DNA from: Candidatus Aegiribacteria sp.
Lineage (GTDB): Bacteria; Fermentibacterota; Fermentibacteria; Fermentibacterales; JCC-6
Reading direction: 5' to 3'
DNA: 56,666 nt
Assembly (NCBI GenBank): GCA_030613065.1
Contig: JAUWMQ010000004.1
Coordinates: forward strand, 1-56,666
In this document: piece after piece, positions 37,923 to 47,362 of the stretch
How positions within the stretch are numbered: the stretch's first letter is position 1
How the letters are laid out: every line of letters starts with the position of its first letter
The notes under the pieces: generated by a model
The model's database searches: none
Told to the model about the DNA's origin: nothing
Seen by the model: only the letters and a program-made list of their open reading frames with translations
Translations under genes and position numbers: made by a program

Positions 37923-39125
37923 ATGTATACTGAACATTTTCAGGAGATATTGGTATCCAAACTTGAAAAGGCCGAGAAGAGCGGTATGCTCAAGAGGGAA
38001 AGAGTTATTACATCCAGACAGGGAACCAGAGTAGAGGTTGAGCATTCCGGGGAAGTACTCAATTTCTGCGCAAACAACTACCTGGGGTTTTCAGGTGATC
38101 AGAGGCTTGTTGAAAGGGCCTGCGAGATACTCGAAGCAAGGGGCTTCGGCCTGTCATCGGTCCGTTTCATATGTGGTACTCAGGATATTCATAAGGAACT
38201 TGAGAAGAAAATCTCTGATTTTCTTCTCAAGGACGACACAATACTGTATTCCAGTTGCTTCGATGCCAATGGGGGGCTTTTTGAGCCTCTGCTGACTGAT
38301 GCTGATGCAATTATTTCCGATCAGCTGAACCATGCTTCTATTATCGATGGCTTAAGACTATGCAAGGCGAAAAGATATCGATACAGCCATGTTGACCTGG
38401 AGGATCTTGAAGCCGTACTGATCCATGCACGCAGCGCAAGGATCAAGGCTATCGTGACCGACGGAGTTTTCTCAATGGATGGAGAAATAGCTCCACTCCC
38501 TGGAATTTGCGATCTTGCAGAGAAATACGGAGCGCTGCTTATTGTTGATGACTCCCATGCAACGGGTTTCATTGGAGAGAATGGCAGAGGAACTCTTGAA
38601 TATCACGGAGTATCCGAGAGAGTGGATATTGTAACGTCAACTTTCGGAAAAGCCCTTGGAGGTGCTTCAGGAGGGTTCACTACAGGGCCGGCGGAAGTTA
38701 TCGAGATGCTCAGACAGCGATCCAGGCCATACCTGTTCTCGAACACACTCGCTCCGGTAGTTGCTGGAACGACAATTGCCGTTATTGACCTTATAGAGAA
38801 ATCCAGTGATGAAAGGGACAGGCTCAGGGATAATCAGAGACGCTTCAGAAGGAAAATGACTGAAGCCGGATTCAGGATCATCAAGGGTGATCATCCTATC
38901 GTACCTGTCCTTTTTGGTCATCTGCCGGACGATGCAGCACTCGCGCAGAGATTCGCCGATGAACTTCTCAAGAAAGGCATTTATGCCATAGGATTCTTCT
39001 ATCCAGTAGTTCCCCGTGGGGAGTCAAGGATAAGGATTCAGATTTCGGCAGCTCATACAACCCAGCAGGTGGATATCTGCGTTGAAGTGTTCAAAGATGT
39101 TGGTAAAATACTTGGAGTGCTCTAA
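37923..39125 (+). CDS. kbl: Glycine C-acetyltransferase (2-amino-3-ketobutyrate CoA ligase)
   Basis: NFCANNYLG, YSSCFDANGG, SDQLNHASIIDG, DDSHATG, TFGKALGGASGG, RPYLFSN. Confidence 0.93.
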   Translation: MYTEHFQEILVSKLEKAEKSGMLKRERVITSRQGTRVEVEHSGEVLNFCANNYLGFSGDQRLVERACEILEARGFGLSSVRFICGTQDIHKELEKKISDFLLKDDTILYSSCFDANGGLFEPLLTDADAIISDQLNHASIIDGLRLCKAKRYRYSHVDLEDLEAVLIHARSARIKAIVTDGVFSMDGEIAPLPGICDLAEKYGALLIVDDSHATGFIGENGRGTLEYHGVSERVDIVTSTFGKALGGASGGFTTGPAEVIEMLRQRSRPYLFSNTLAPVVAGTTIAVIDLIEKSSDERDRLRDNQRRFRRKMTEAGFRIIKGDHPIVPVLFGHLPDDAALAQRFADELLKKGIYAIGFFYPVVPRGESRIRIQISAAHTTQQVDICVEVFKDVGKILGVL

Positions 39126-39179
39126 GTTAAGTTTTGGTCCCACTTGACACAGGTATACTGAATTTATCAGATACCCATT

Positions 39180-39824
39180 ATGAGTACAAAATCCATTAAC
39201 GAATCATTATTCGGAATGATAAGACGGCAGCTTCTTTGCCTTTTCTTTCTAAATCCGGGAAGATCGTACTTCCTCCTTGAACTGGTGGATATTCTCCGTA
39301 CAGGAAGGGGAGGTGTGCAAAGGGAGCTTGCCAACCTTGTTGATTCAGGGATTATTGTCAGAGAAAAATCAGGCATGAAGGTTCTTTTCAGTCTGTCGGA
39401 AGACTGTCCTGTTACTGATGAGATTCAGAGACTACTTGGTAAGCTGATTGATTATGTCGAAATGCTATCCCTCGTAATCAGGGATTGTGAGGCAGCAATC
39501 AAGACCGCTGTGATCTCCTCAGAGGAAAAAGGAGAGGGCTCATTATCCCCGAAACTCCTTGTCTCATTCGATGGAGACTCTGAAACATTCTGCAGCGAAA
39601 TCGAAAGAATAGAACTACTGACTGGAATTGAGATCACACTTTTTGCAGTTCGTCCTCATGAGCTTAAAGAATACATCAGAAATAATCCTGAAGCGAAGTG
39701 GATATCGGAAGGATCCTGGAAACTTCTTGCTGGAACAGCAGAGGATCTTATCCCTGACGATTCTGCCCGGGAATCCGAAATAAGAGAACCGGACCTGTTT
39801 TCAGGAACCGGCTTCAACTGTTAA
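39180..39824 (+). CDS. Winged-HTH protein with degenerate nucleotidyltransferase-like C-terminus
   Basis: LFFLNPGRSYFLLEL..GRGGVQRELANL..SGII is typical of HTH-MNT proteins; the GS/DxD catalytic motif is not visible. Confidence 0.55.
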   Translation: MSTKSINESLFGMIRRQLLCLFFLNPGRSYFLLELVDILRTGRGGVQRELANLVDSGIIVREKSGMKVLFSLSEDCPVTDEIQRLLGKLIDYVEMLSLVIRDCEAAIKTAVISSEEKGEGSLSPKLLVSFDGDSETFCSEIERIELLTGIEITLFAVRPHELKEYIRNNPEAKWISEGSWKLLAGTAEDLIPDDSARESEIREPDLFSGTGFNC

Positions 39825-39836
39825 CGGACCAGGGTA

Positions 39837-41090
39837 TTGACCTTTATAAGAGACAGGCAGTTCTATAGATTCTCAGCCTACGGATTTCTAAAGAATCTGC
39901 GCTTTTTCGAACCATTCATCATTCTGTATTTCAGAGAGATTGGATTTTCTTTCCTGGAAATCGGTATACTCTTCGCTATTAGAGAGATATCGACAGTATT
40001 ACTTGAAGTACCCACTGGTTTCGTGGCGGATATCGGAGGAAGAAAGACCTCGATGGTATTCTCCATGGCCGCATACGTAGTCAGCTTCCTGACTTTCTTC
40101 TTCTTCCCGTCCTATATAGCCGCAGCTGGTGCTATGATCCTGTTCGCATGCGGCGAAGCCTTCAGGACGGGTACTCACAAAGCCATGATCCTTGAATACC
40201 TCAGGCTTACAGGCCAGGAGGAGTGGAAACCGGATTATTATGGTGCCACAAGAGCTGCTTCTAAGCTGGGCTCGGCGATAAACGCCCTGATAGCAGCCAC
40301 CCTGGTTCTTATATCCGGAAGCTACAGGTACATTTTCCTTGCTGCAGCTCTTCCGTGTGTAATCAATATGATCAACCTGGCCTCATACCCCGGAACTCTC
40401 AATGGAACGGATGTTGGAAGTCACCGCACAAGTCCCGGTATCAAGGATACTCTTAAGTATTTTGTATCAATATTCAGGGACCCTGACACTCGTCTCAGTA
40501 TTATGAACTCCGCTGTTTTTGACGGATTTTTCAAGGTTCTCAAGGAATACCTTCAGCCGGTTCTGAAAGCGATGGCTATTGGGCTGCCGCTGTTAACCGC
40601 GCTGAGCGCTGACAGGAGAACTGCAATTGTAGTAGGTATTGTCTATTTTGTTCTATTTCTTGCGGCAAGTACCGCATCTCGATGTTCCGGGAAATTCAGC
40701 AGGCGGATAAAGGGTGTTGTAAAGTCCATCAATATCACATGGATTATCGGTTTCACCGCGCTGATAATTGCCGGTATTTTTCAGGAACTGTCATTGTATG
40801 TGGTTGTAATAGTGGCATATCTTGTTCTATTCACACTTCAGAATTTAAGGAGACCCCTCTGTGTTACCTATATCAGCGATAAGGTTCCTCACATGGTTAT
40901 GGCTTCAGGACTTTCTGTAGAATCGCTCATTAAAACGCTATTTATGGCGATTCTCGCTCCTGTGTGCGGTTACGTAGCTGATCTGGCTGGTGTGGGAATT
41001 ACCGTAGCATCCGCCGGGTTGTTGATGGGGCTTCTGTATGTACCGTTGAGACTTAGAAAACAAGTGGAGGAGTCAGCTTCCGTTCTCTGA
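39837..41090 (+). CDS. MFS transporter
   Basis: About 12 hydrophobic segments, EVPTGFVADIGGRK motif A, SGLSVES. Confidence 0.9.
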   Translation: MTFIRDRQFYRFSAYGFLKNLRFFEPFIILYFREIGFSFLEIGILFAIREISTVLLEVPTGFVADIGGRKTSMVFSMAAYVVSFLTFFFFPSYIAAAGAMILFACGEAFRTGTHKAMILEYLRLTGQEEWKPDYYGATRAASKLGSAINALIAATLVLISGSYRYIFLAAALPCVINMINLASYPGTLNGTDVGSHRTSPGIKDTLKYFVSIFRDPDTRLSIMNSAVFDGFFKVLKEYLQPVLKAMAIGLPLLTALSADRRTAIVVGIVYFVLFLAASTASRCSGKFSRRIKGVVKSINITWIIGFTALIIAGIFQELSLYVVVIVAYLVLFTLQNLRRPLCVTYISDKVPHMVMASGLSVESLIKTLFMAILAPVCGYVADLAGVGITVASAGLLMGLLYVPLRLRKQVEESASVL

Positions 41091-41405
41091 TCTCTCTGGC
41101 AGTTCTTCATCGACTCTCCGCTTAATCACAAGAATGGTGCTGCCGAGGCAAGCGCCGAATGTGGCCACTTCCCATCCATCTTTCTGTTTTTCAGCAATGA
41201 TATCGGAAACTTTGCCTTTGAGACTCCAGAATATCTGGATAATCTCATGTTCGTATCTATAACCGTTATTGACAAGGATAAGCATATTCGTGCCGGAGAT
41301 ATCTCCTAGAGCAACTACGTTCCAGTTCATTTTTTCGCTGTTTTCAATAGTCTTTTTCATGGCTGCGGCACTTTTCCATGAAGCAGGAATCAACATGTGC
41401 TTCAA
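41073..41405 (-). CDS. Hypothetical protein (true start may be 41360)
   Basis: 110-aa ORF with an internal duplicated pattern (WNVVALG..LIL / WEVATFG..LVIKR). Confidence 0.5.
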   Translation of the reverse strand: MKHMLIPASWKSAAAMKKTIENSEKMNWNVVALGDISGTNMLILVNNGYRYEHEIIQIFWSLKGKVSDIIAEKQKDGWEVATFGACLGSTILVIKRRVDEELPERSENGS

Positions 41406-41529
41406 GATTCATCCCCTTTCATTGGTTATCAATTGGGAATCCAGATATTATCGACCAGGATTGTTTCAGAATTCCCCCTCTCAGTTACATAAATAGTACC
41501 TTCAGGAAAGATAAGCAATAGCAATGCAA

Positions 41530-42885
41530 CTACCTGATATAGCCGAGATCATGCAGTGCTCTTTCCACTTTCTGCACAAAGGGAACAGTCAATGGATGAC
41601 CTTTGGGAGGAAGGGACCAGTAGTAATAAAGCTGGTCAATTGTCTCCCTGTTGGGAACCAGAGGATTGAGTTCAAAGGGATCATTATTCAGGTCATAGAG
41701 GACCGGGGGTAATTCTTGCGGGTTTCCTATTACGATCATGTTTTCAAGCCTTACAGCTGCAATATCCGGAGTTGTCCAAATGAGGTTGCTTGATGGTATG
41801 TACCTCGCGGTTCTGGTTGAATTGACGCTTAGTATATTTCTTCCGTCGGTCCATATGGGAATATCCATGTTTGCTATACCCAGTACCGTGGGCAGAATGT
41901 CCATCTGGGCAACCAGTTCATCGTTCACACCAACAGGTATACCGGGACCTGAGATAATTAGTGGTACATCAAGTAATTCCTGGTAGAGTGTATGTCCATG
42001 CCCCATGCCGTCATGCTCCATAAATTCCTCACCATGATCTCCAACGATGATGAATACTGTATTCTCAAGTGTGCCCCTGGTCTTTATTTCAGATATCAGC
42101 CGGCCAATCTGGTTGTCCGTGAAAGCGAGTTCAGAGTCGTAAAGACCAAGCATAATCTCAAGCTGGGCAGAGTCCATTCCAACAAGACCCTGGTTCAGGT
42201 CCTGTACATCGTTCCTGTCACCCCAGAATTCGTTAAAAAGAGTATCAGATTTGGGATCGGAATAAAGAGTATCCCATGGGTGCGGGGGAGAGTAGGGAAG
42301 GTGCGGGTCGAAGAAATGAATAGCCGCGAAGAGAGGTTTGGATGGATCTCTATTTGCGTCGTACCATATAAGGTAATCGTTAACTGTATCCCGGGCGTTT
42401 CTGGAGCTTGCTTTGCCTGCCAGGCCCTGACAATCGAAATGATCAAAACCCTGATTGAAACCGAAGTCCTCACTCATTAAGATTACGTTGTAGAAGGCAG
42501 CAGTCTGATATCCCGCACCTCGTTTTATCAGCAGGGGAATGGTAGGAAGAGCAGCGTCAATGCCGTAGAAGGCGCCATTGAATACGCCTGCTCCGTGGGC
42601 ATGCTGAGTAAGGCCTGTCATGATAGTCGCCATTGCGGGAAGAGTCCAGCTGCTCTGTCCCTGAACACGCGTCCAGATGGTTCCGCAGGAAGCAAGGCTG
42701 TCCAGCACAGGAGTTGTCTCCCTGTAATATCCATTTATAGATAGATGGTCAGCCCTTATATTATCAATAAGAATAAGGACTATGTCAGGATATCTGCTTG
42801 AAAAGCTTTCCCCTCCTCCGCATCCGGACAGATTGAGTACCGGGATAATCAGAATGAGTATAAGGATAAGTATCAGCTTTTTCAT
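41530..42885 (-). CDS. Sulfatase/alkaline-phosphatase superfamily lipoprotein
   Basis: Lipobox LSGC, ILIDNIRADH, SWTLPA, HFFDPHLPY, GDHGEEF, H..TLYQE..VPLII. ATGA overlap with the thiC stop. Confidence 0.85.
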   Translation of the reverse strand: MKKLILILILILIIPVLNLSGCGGGESFSSRYPDIVLILIDNIRADHLSINGYYRETTPVLDSLASCGTIWTRVQGQSSWTLPAMATIMTGLTQHAHGAGVFNGAFYGIDAALPTIPLLIKRGAGYQTAAFYNVILMSEDFGFNQGFDHFDCQGLAGKASSRNARDTVNDYLIWYDANRDPSKPLFAAIHFFDPHLPYSPPHPWDTLYSDPKSDTLFNEFWGDRNDVQDLNQGLVGMDSAQLEIMLGLYDSELAFTDNQIGRLISEIKTRGTLENTVFIIVGDHGEEFMEHDGMGHGHTLYQELLDVPLIISGPGIPVGVNDELVAQMDILPTVLGIANMDIPIWTDGRNILSVNSTRTARYIPSSNLIWTTPDIAAVRLENMIVIGNPQELPPVLYDLNNDPFELNPLVPNRETIDQLYYYWSLPPKGHPLTVPFVQKVERALHDLGYIR

Positions 42886-44189
42886 TGTTCCTGTTTCTCC
42901 CTATTCTTTTCAAAAGCTCTCCTGGTCGTTTTCAGGGCACACAGATGGCCACACATTGAGCATACATCACCGTCCGAAGGTAGGGCTTCATTTCTCTCCT
43001 TTCTCGCGGTAAGGGGATCCATTGCAAGTTTGTATTGTGTCTCCCAGTCGAAATTGCTTCTGGCTTCCGCCATAAGGTTATCCGATTCCATCGCCCCGTT
43101 AATCCCTTTAGCTATATCTGCGGCATGCGCCGCAATCCTTGCAGAGATTACACCTGTTTTTACATCGTCGACATTGGGAAGTCTCAGGTGTTCGGCAGGG
43201 GTCACGTAACAAAGGAAATCCGCACCGTACCATCCCGCCAGCGCACCGCCTATAGCGGAGGTTATGTGATCGTATCCCGGAGCGATATCCGTGACAATTG
43301 GGCCGAGAACGTAGAAGGGGGCATTGTTGCAGAGACTCTTCTGCATTCTGATATTCTCGGCAATTTTATCCAATTGAACGTGTCCAGGGCCTTCTATCAT
43401 TACCTGAACTCCAGCATCATGGGAACGTTTCTGTAATTCACCAAGGGATATCAGTTCCTCAATCTGGGCCTGGTCAGAAGCGTCCGAAAGGCATCCCGGT
43501 CTCAGACCATCACCAAGTGAGAAGGTGACATCGTACGCATAAAGGATCTCAATCAATCTGTCAAAATGCTCGTATAGCGGGTTTTCCTTCCCTCTTTTTT
43601 CCATCCATTCCGCCATAAGAGAGCCACCTCTTGAGACTATTCCCAGCTTTCTTCCCTGTGTCTTGAGAAGCTGAAGAGCTCTCCTGGTAACGCCGCAGTG
43701 AAGTGTCAGATAATCTACGCCCATTTTGCAGTGATCCTCTACTGCGGAAAACATCTCCTCCACTGAGACATCACTTACATCCTTTTCCTCTCTCATTGCC
43801 TTACCGAACACCTGGTAGAGTGGGACTGTACCTATTGGCACAGGACTTCTTTCCAAGATTCTGCTCAATATTGATTTCCATTGCGAACCCGTTGACAGGT
43901 CCATCACTGTATGAGCACCGTAAGCTACAGCAACTTTCAGTTTCTCGAGTTCGACTTCCGTAGATTCCAGATCTTCAGAGCTTCCTATATTCGCGTTGAT
44001 CTTGATTGTCATACCCTTGCCTATGGCTATGGGCTTGCGGATATCATGGGTGTTGTTGGCCGGTATAACTATTGTACCATCAGCCAGACCTTCAATCAGG
44101 CTGTTAATGCGAACTCCCTCGCATTCAGCTGTTCTGCTTACAATTTCAAGAGCTTTCCCGCTCTTTGCTGCTTCAATTATGGTTTTCAT
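42882..44189 (-). CDS. thiC: Phosphomethylpyrimidine synthase ThiC
   Basis: KINANIG, MDLSTG, GTVPLYQ, VSRGG, SLGDGLRPG, EGPGH, CYVTPAEHL, CSMCGHLC. True start MKT at 44189; the longer ORF reads through the riboswitch. Confidence 0.96.
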   Translation of the reverse strand: MKTIIEAAKSGKALEIVSRTAECEGVRINSLIEGLADGTIVIPANNTHDIRKPIAIGKGMTIKINANIGSSEDLESTEVELEKLKVAVAYGAHTVMDLSTGSQWKSILSRILERSPVPIGTVPLYQVFGKAMREEKDVSDVSVEEMFSAVEDHCKMGVDYLTLHCGVTRRALQLLKTQGRKLGIVSRGGSLMAEWMEKRGKENPLYEHFDRLIEILYAYDVTFSLGDGLRPGCLSDASDQAQIEELISLGELQKRSHDAGVQVMIEGPGHVQLDKIAENIRMQKSLCNNAPFYVLGPIVTDIAPGYDHITSAIGGALAGWYGADFLCYVTPAEHLRLPNVDDVKTGVISARIAAHAADIAKGINGAMESDNLMAEARSNFDWETQYKLAMDPLTARKERNEALPSDGDVCSMCGHLCALKTTRRAFEKNREKQEQ

Positions 44190-44199
44190 GCCCAAGTCT

Positions 44200-44280
44200 T
44201 CCGTTCTCCCTCCGCTGGTGCTAACCAGATCAGGTTCATAGGGTATGTTCTCAGCCTTGGAAAGGCACCCCCTCAATACA
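44200..44280 (-). ncRNA. TPP riboswitch
   Basis: Minus strand GGGGTGCC-TTTCCAA-GGCTGAGA-ACATACCC-TATGAACCTGATCTGGTTAGCACCAGCGGAGGGAG, a canonical thi-box ending about 15 nt before the thiC ATG. Confidence 0.95.
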
Positions 44281-44367
44281 AAGTCCACTATCTATTCTTA
44301 ACAGTTTCGTCTAAAAGTCAAGTGCGCATAAGGTAGATTTTTATTATTGTTCTGCTGGAGGTGAGAA

Positions 44368-44670
44368 ATGACTGAGAAGAGCAGAGATGAAGATAAATTG
44401 GTTCCGGTCCTTGAAGCCAGGGATGAACTGGAAGCTATCACCATACAGGCATTTCTTGAAAGCCAGGGGATAGATTCGGCAATAAGAAGCAGGCAGATAC
44501 CCATGTACGATGGAATCGCCAGGGTCTGGAACCCTGTCTGGGGATACGTTTTGGTAATGGAGGAAAACCACGATAAGGCCGAAGAACTCATCATGGAGTA
44601 CCTGGATTCGTGCAGCAGCAGTGAAGGAATTGAAGAAGAGGAAGACTCCGGGGAGGATATGGATTTATGA
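44368..44670 (+). CDS. DUF2007-like putative signal-transducing protein
   Basis: EAITIQAFLESQGI...VLVMEENHDKAEELI. Confidence 0.75.
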   Translation: MTEKSRDEDKLVPVLEARDELEAITIQAFLESQGIDSAIRSRQIPMYDGIARVWNPVWGYVLVMEENHDKAEELIMEYLDSCSSSEGIEEEEDSGEDMDL

Positions 44671-46370
44671 CAGTTCTGCTGCTTCTTAACAGCCTGTTTC
44701 TGAGTGTCAGTGGATGGTACACTGTTCCCGCACCTCCTGACTCTGCTGTATTCTCCGAAGAACTTGCTGAGGAGCATTCAGAAGTTCTGATCTTTATGGC
44801 CAGAAGCGGATGGAGCCCGGAGTGGCTTGATACAGCTATGCTGTCAGTTTCAATGCTGGAGCAATATCCTTCGGACTCAGCCTTGATCGCATGGGCGGCC
44901 TCGCTCATGGATGTTCCCTTCAGAACAGAGATAACACCAATGCTGAGAATAGAGATAACACCAGTGCTGATTGAATATGGTGATTCTTACATCATACCGG
45001 ATATGGAATCTGTCGTTGATAATCCGCAGCTCCTGGAAGCATTTTTCAGGAGAATCCAGCATATCATAGCCGCTGGAGGAGAACCTGAAGAGCAGGAGAG
45101 AATTGTTGAAATAATAATCGATTCCTGGACTGATCTTCCGGCTGACACGAAGATATTATCCCTGGAAATCCTGGGAAAACTTGGGATCGACATTACAGGT
45201 GATATCCAGATCGCGGAAATGGAAAATGCAAGCATGAGGGCTGCTGCCAGGTATTGCAGCGAGCTTGGCAAAGAGTATGCATTCAATATTGAAGGTAACG
45301 AATCTCCCCTTGAAAGAATCTATTCAGCCGCCTGCAGTCCACCTGAAGAAGCCGCTGCGATGTTATATGACCCGTTGTGGGCTGTAAGATACAATGCGGT
45401 CACAACTTCTGATCCTGCTGTGTTGGAACCGGTTCTGGATGATTCCATTCCGTATGTTGCTCTTGCGGCGGCGATAGCAAGAAGGGATGCTGGATATTCC
45501 GATGGTACTGCAGCAATCAGGAAAATCGCTTTATTGGAAGGCCCTGTGGGAAATATGGCCGCAGAAGAATTAGGTACTGACGATATGATTCTTTTGATGG
45601 AACTCATGACCCATCGTGAGCCTGGAAGGAGGAGCGCTGCGCAGACGGCCTGGCTAAGCGATTCACTACCTGTGGATTCACTTACGGAAGGAATGTGGCT
45701 TTCCGACCCTTACTGGCTGATTCCTGTTTCCTGGGCCTGGCACCTTCTGGATATCTCCGATTCGGTTCATGCCGAAAATGCTCTGCAGTATATACAGTCA
45801 CGGCGTGCAAACTATGCCGATACTGTCATGATCGATGAATACACTGCTGTACTCCGAAGCCTTCTTGAAGATCCTCCGGAAGAGGAGAGTAATGAGTATT
45901 CCGGTTGGACTCAATATCATCTTCCATTTGATATCGAAACCGAGGTGCCGGATACGGTAATAATCAGGATGGACATCGGTGACCTCTTGATAGATTTATG
46001 GGTTGATACAGCTCCGATTGCCTGCAGCAACTTTCTGCACCTCGCGGAGAGCGGATTTTACGATGGAATAAGTTTTCATAGAGTGATTCCGGGTTTTGTT
46101 GCTCAGGCAGGCTGCCCCGAGGGAACAGGAACAGGTGGTCCCGGCTACAATCTCCCCAATGAAAGAAGCTTAATGCATTTCGGCAGGGGGGTGCTGGGTA
46201 TGGCGGACGCCGGTCTCAATACTGCAGGCAGCCAGTTCTTCGTAATGCTCGATGACCACGGAAGACTGGATGGAAGGTATACCGTATTCGGCTGCGTTAT
46301 CAACACTGAATCACTTGATGAAATCACAGTTGGTACAATTATTAATGAAGTGGTTTTCAGCGGCGAATGA
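44667..46370 (+). CDS. Cyclophilin-type peptidyl-prolyl isomerase with helical (HEAT-like) N-terminal region
   Basis: C-terminal APIACSNF, FYDG..FHRVIPGFVAQAG, GVLGMA..G..TAGSQFF, YTVFG. Confidence 0.85.
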   Translation: MTVLLLLNSLFLSVSGWYTVPAPPDSAVFSEELAEEHSEVLIFMARSGWSPEWLDTAMLSVSMLEQYPSDSALIAWAASLMDVPFRTEITPMLRIEITPVLIEYGDSYIIPDMESVVDNPQLLEAFFRRIQHIIAAGGEPEEQERIVEIIIDSWTDLPADTKILSLEILGKLGIDITGDIQIAEMENASMRAAARYCSELGKEYAFNIEGNESPLERIYSAACSPPEEAAAMLYDPLWAVRYNAVTTSDPAVLEPVLDDSIPYVALAAAIARRDAGYSDGTAAIRKIALLEGPVGNMAAEELGTDDMILLMELMTHREPGRRSAAQTAWLSDSLPVDSLTEGMWLSDPYWLIPVSWAWHLLDISDSVHAENALQYIQSRRANYADTVMIDEYTAVLRSLLEDPPEEESNEYSGWTQYHLPFDIETEVPDTVIIRMDIGDLLIDLWVDTAPIACSNFLHLAESGFYDGISFHRVIPGFVAQAGCPEGTGTGGPGYNLPNERSLMHFGRGVLGMADAGLNTAGSQFFVMLDDHGRLDGRYTVFGCVINTESLDEITVGTIINEVVFSGE

Positions 46371-46395
46371 ACACTTGCCTCTCCGAAAGGATGAC

Positions 46396-47358
46396 ATGAC
46401 CCGAATGATTAACAGAATCCTTGTTACAGGTGCCCTTGGTCAGATAGGTTCCGAACTTACCGCCGAACTTCGAAAAAGATATGGCAGGGACAATGTAGTC
46501 GCGTCGGATATTAAATTCGACGAGAGCAGTCCCGTTGTAAATGCAGGTCCTTGGGCATTGCTTGATGTTACAGACGCAGAAGCCGTTGAAAAGAGGATAA
46601 TTGATAACAGGATCGACTCGATATTTCACATGGCCGCAATACTCTCGGCCACCGGGGAGGAAAATCCCCAGCTCTGCTGGAAAGTCAACATGGATGGAAC
46701 CATGAACATCCTTGAGGCGGCCAGGAAGAACGACCTGTCAAGGGTGATAATACCCAGCTCCATAGCTGCCTTCGGCCCTGAGACTCCAAGGGAAAACACA
46801 CCCCAGGAGACGATACTGAGGCCCAAGACCATGTACGGGGTAACCAAGGTTTCGGGGGAACTGCTCTGCGATTATTATGTTCGAAAATTCAATCTTGATG
46901 TAAGAGGTCTGCGCTATCCGGGGATAATCTCCTCGGAAACCCCTCCAGGAGGGGGAACCACCGATTACGCAGTAGATATCTATTACAAAGCTATTGAAGA
47001 GGGAAGGTACACCTGTTTCGTTAAAAAGGATACGATGCTGCCGATGATGTATATGCCGGACTGCATCAAGGCCACTCTGGATCTTGCTGAAGCCGATTTT
47101 AACGATCTTGTTCATTACAGTGATTTCAACGTAGGAGCGCTTTCGGTAAGCGCCGGAGATATTACCGAAAGCATAAGGAAGCATATACCGGATTTCGAGG
47201 TTGATTACGTACCTGATCACCGCCAGGCGATAGCCGATACCTGGCCAATGGGAGTGGACGATTCTGCTGCCCGAGAGGAATGGGGCTGGGAACCTGACTG
47301 GGATCTGGATGCAATGACCGCGGATATGCTGGAGAAGCTCAGGGCAAAACTCTTATAA
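46396..47358 (+). CDS. tdh: L-threonine 3-dehydrogenase (SDR/epimerase type)
   Basis: GALGQIG, SATGE, PSSIAAFG, MYGVTK, PGGGTTDYAV, MMYMPD. Confidence 0.88.
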   Translation: MTRMINRILVTGALGQIGSELTAELRKRYGRDNVVASDIKFDESSPVVNAGPWALLDVTDAEAVEKRIIDNRIDSIFHMAAILSATGEENPQLCWKVNMDGTMNILEAARKNDLSRVIIPSSIAAFGPETPRENTPQETILRPKTMYGVTKVSGELLCDYYVRKFNLDVRGLRYPGIISSETPPGGGTTDYAVDIYYKAIEEGRYTCFVKKDTMLPMMYMPDCIKATLDLAEADFNDLVHYSDFNVGALSVSAGDITESIRKHIPDFEVDYVPDHRQAIADTWPMGVDDSAAREEWGWEPDWDLDAMTADMLEKLRAKLL

Positions 47359-47362
47359 AGAG

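Noticed and set aside
44190-44288. 33-aa N-terminal extension of ThiC in the ORF track
   Set aside because: It is the TPP riboswitch read in frame; ThiC homology starts at MKTII (44189).
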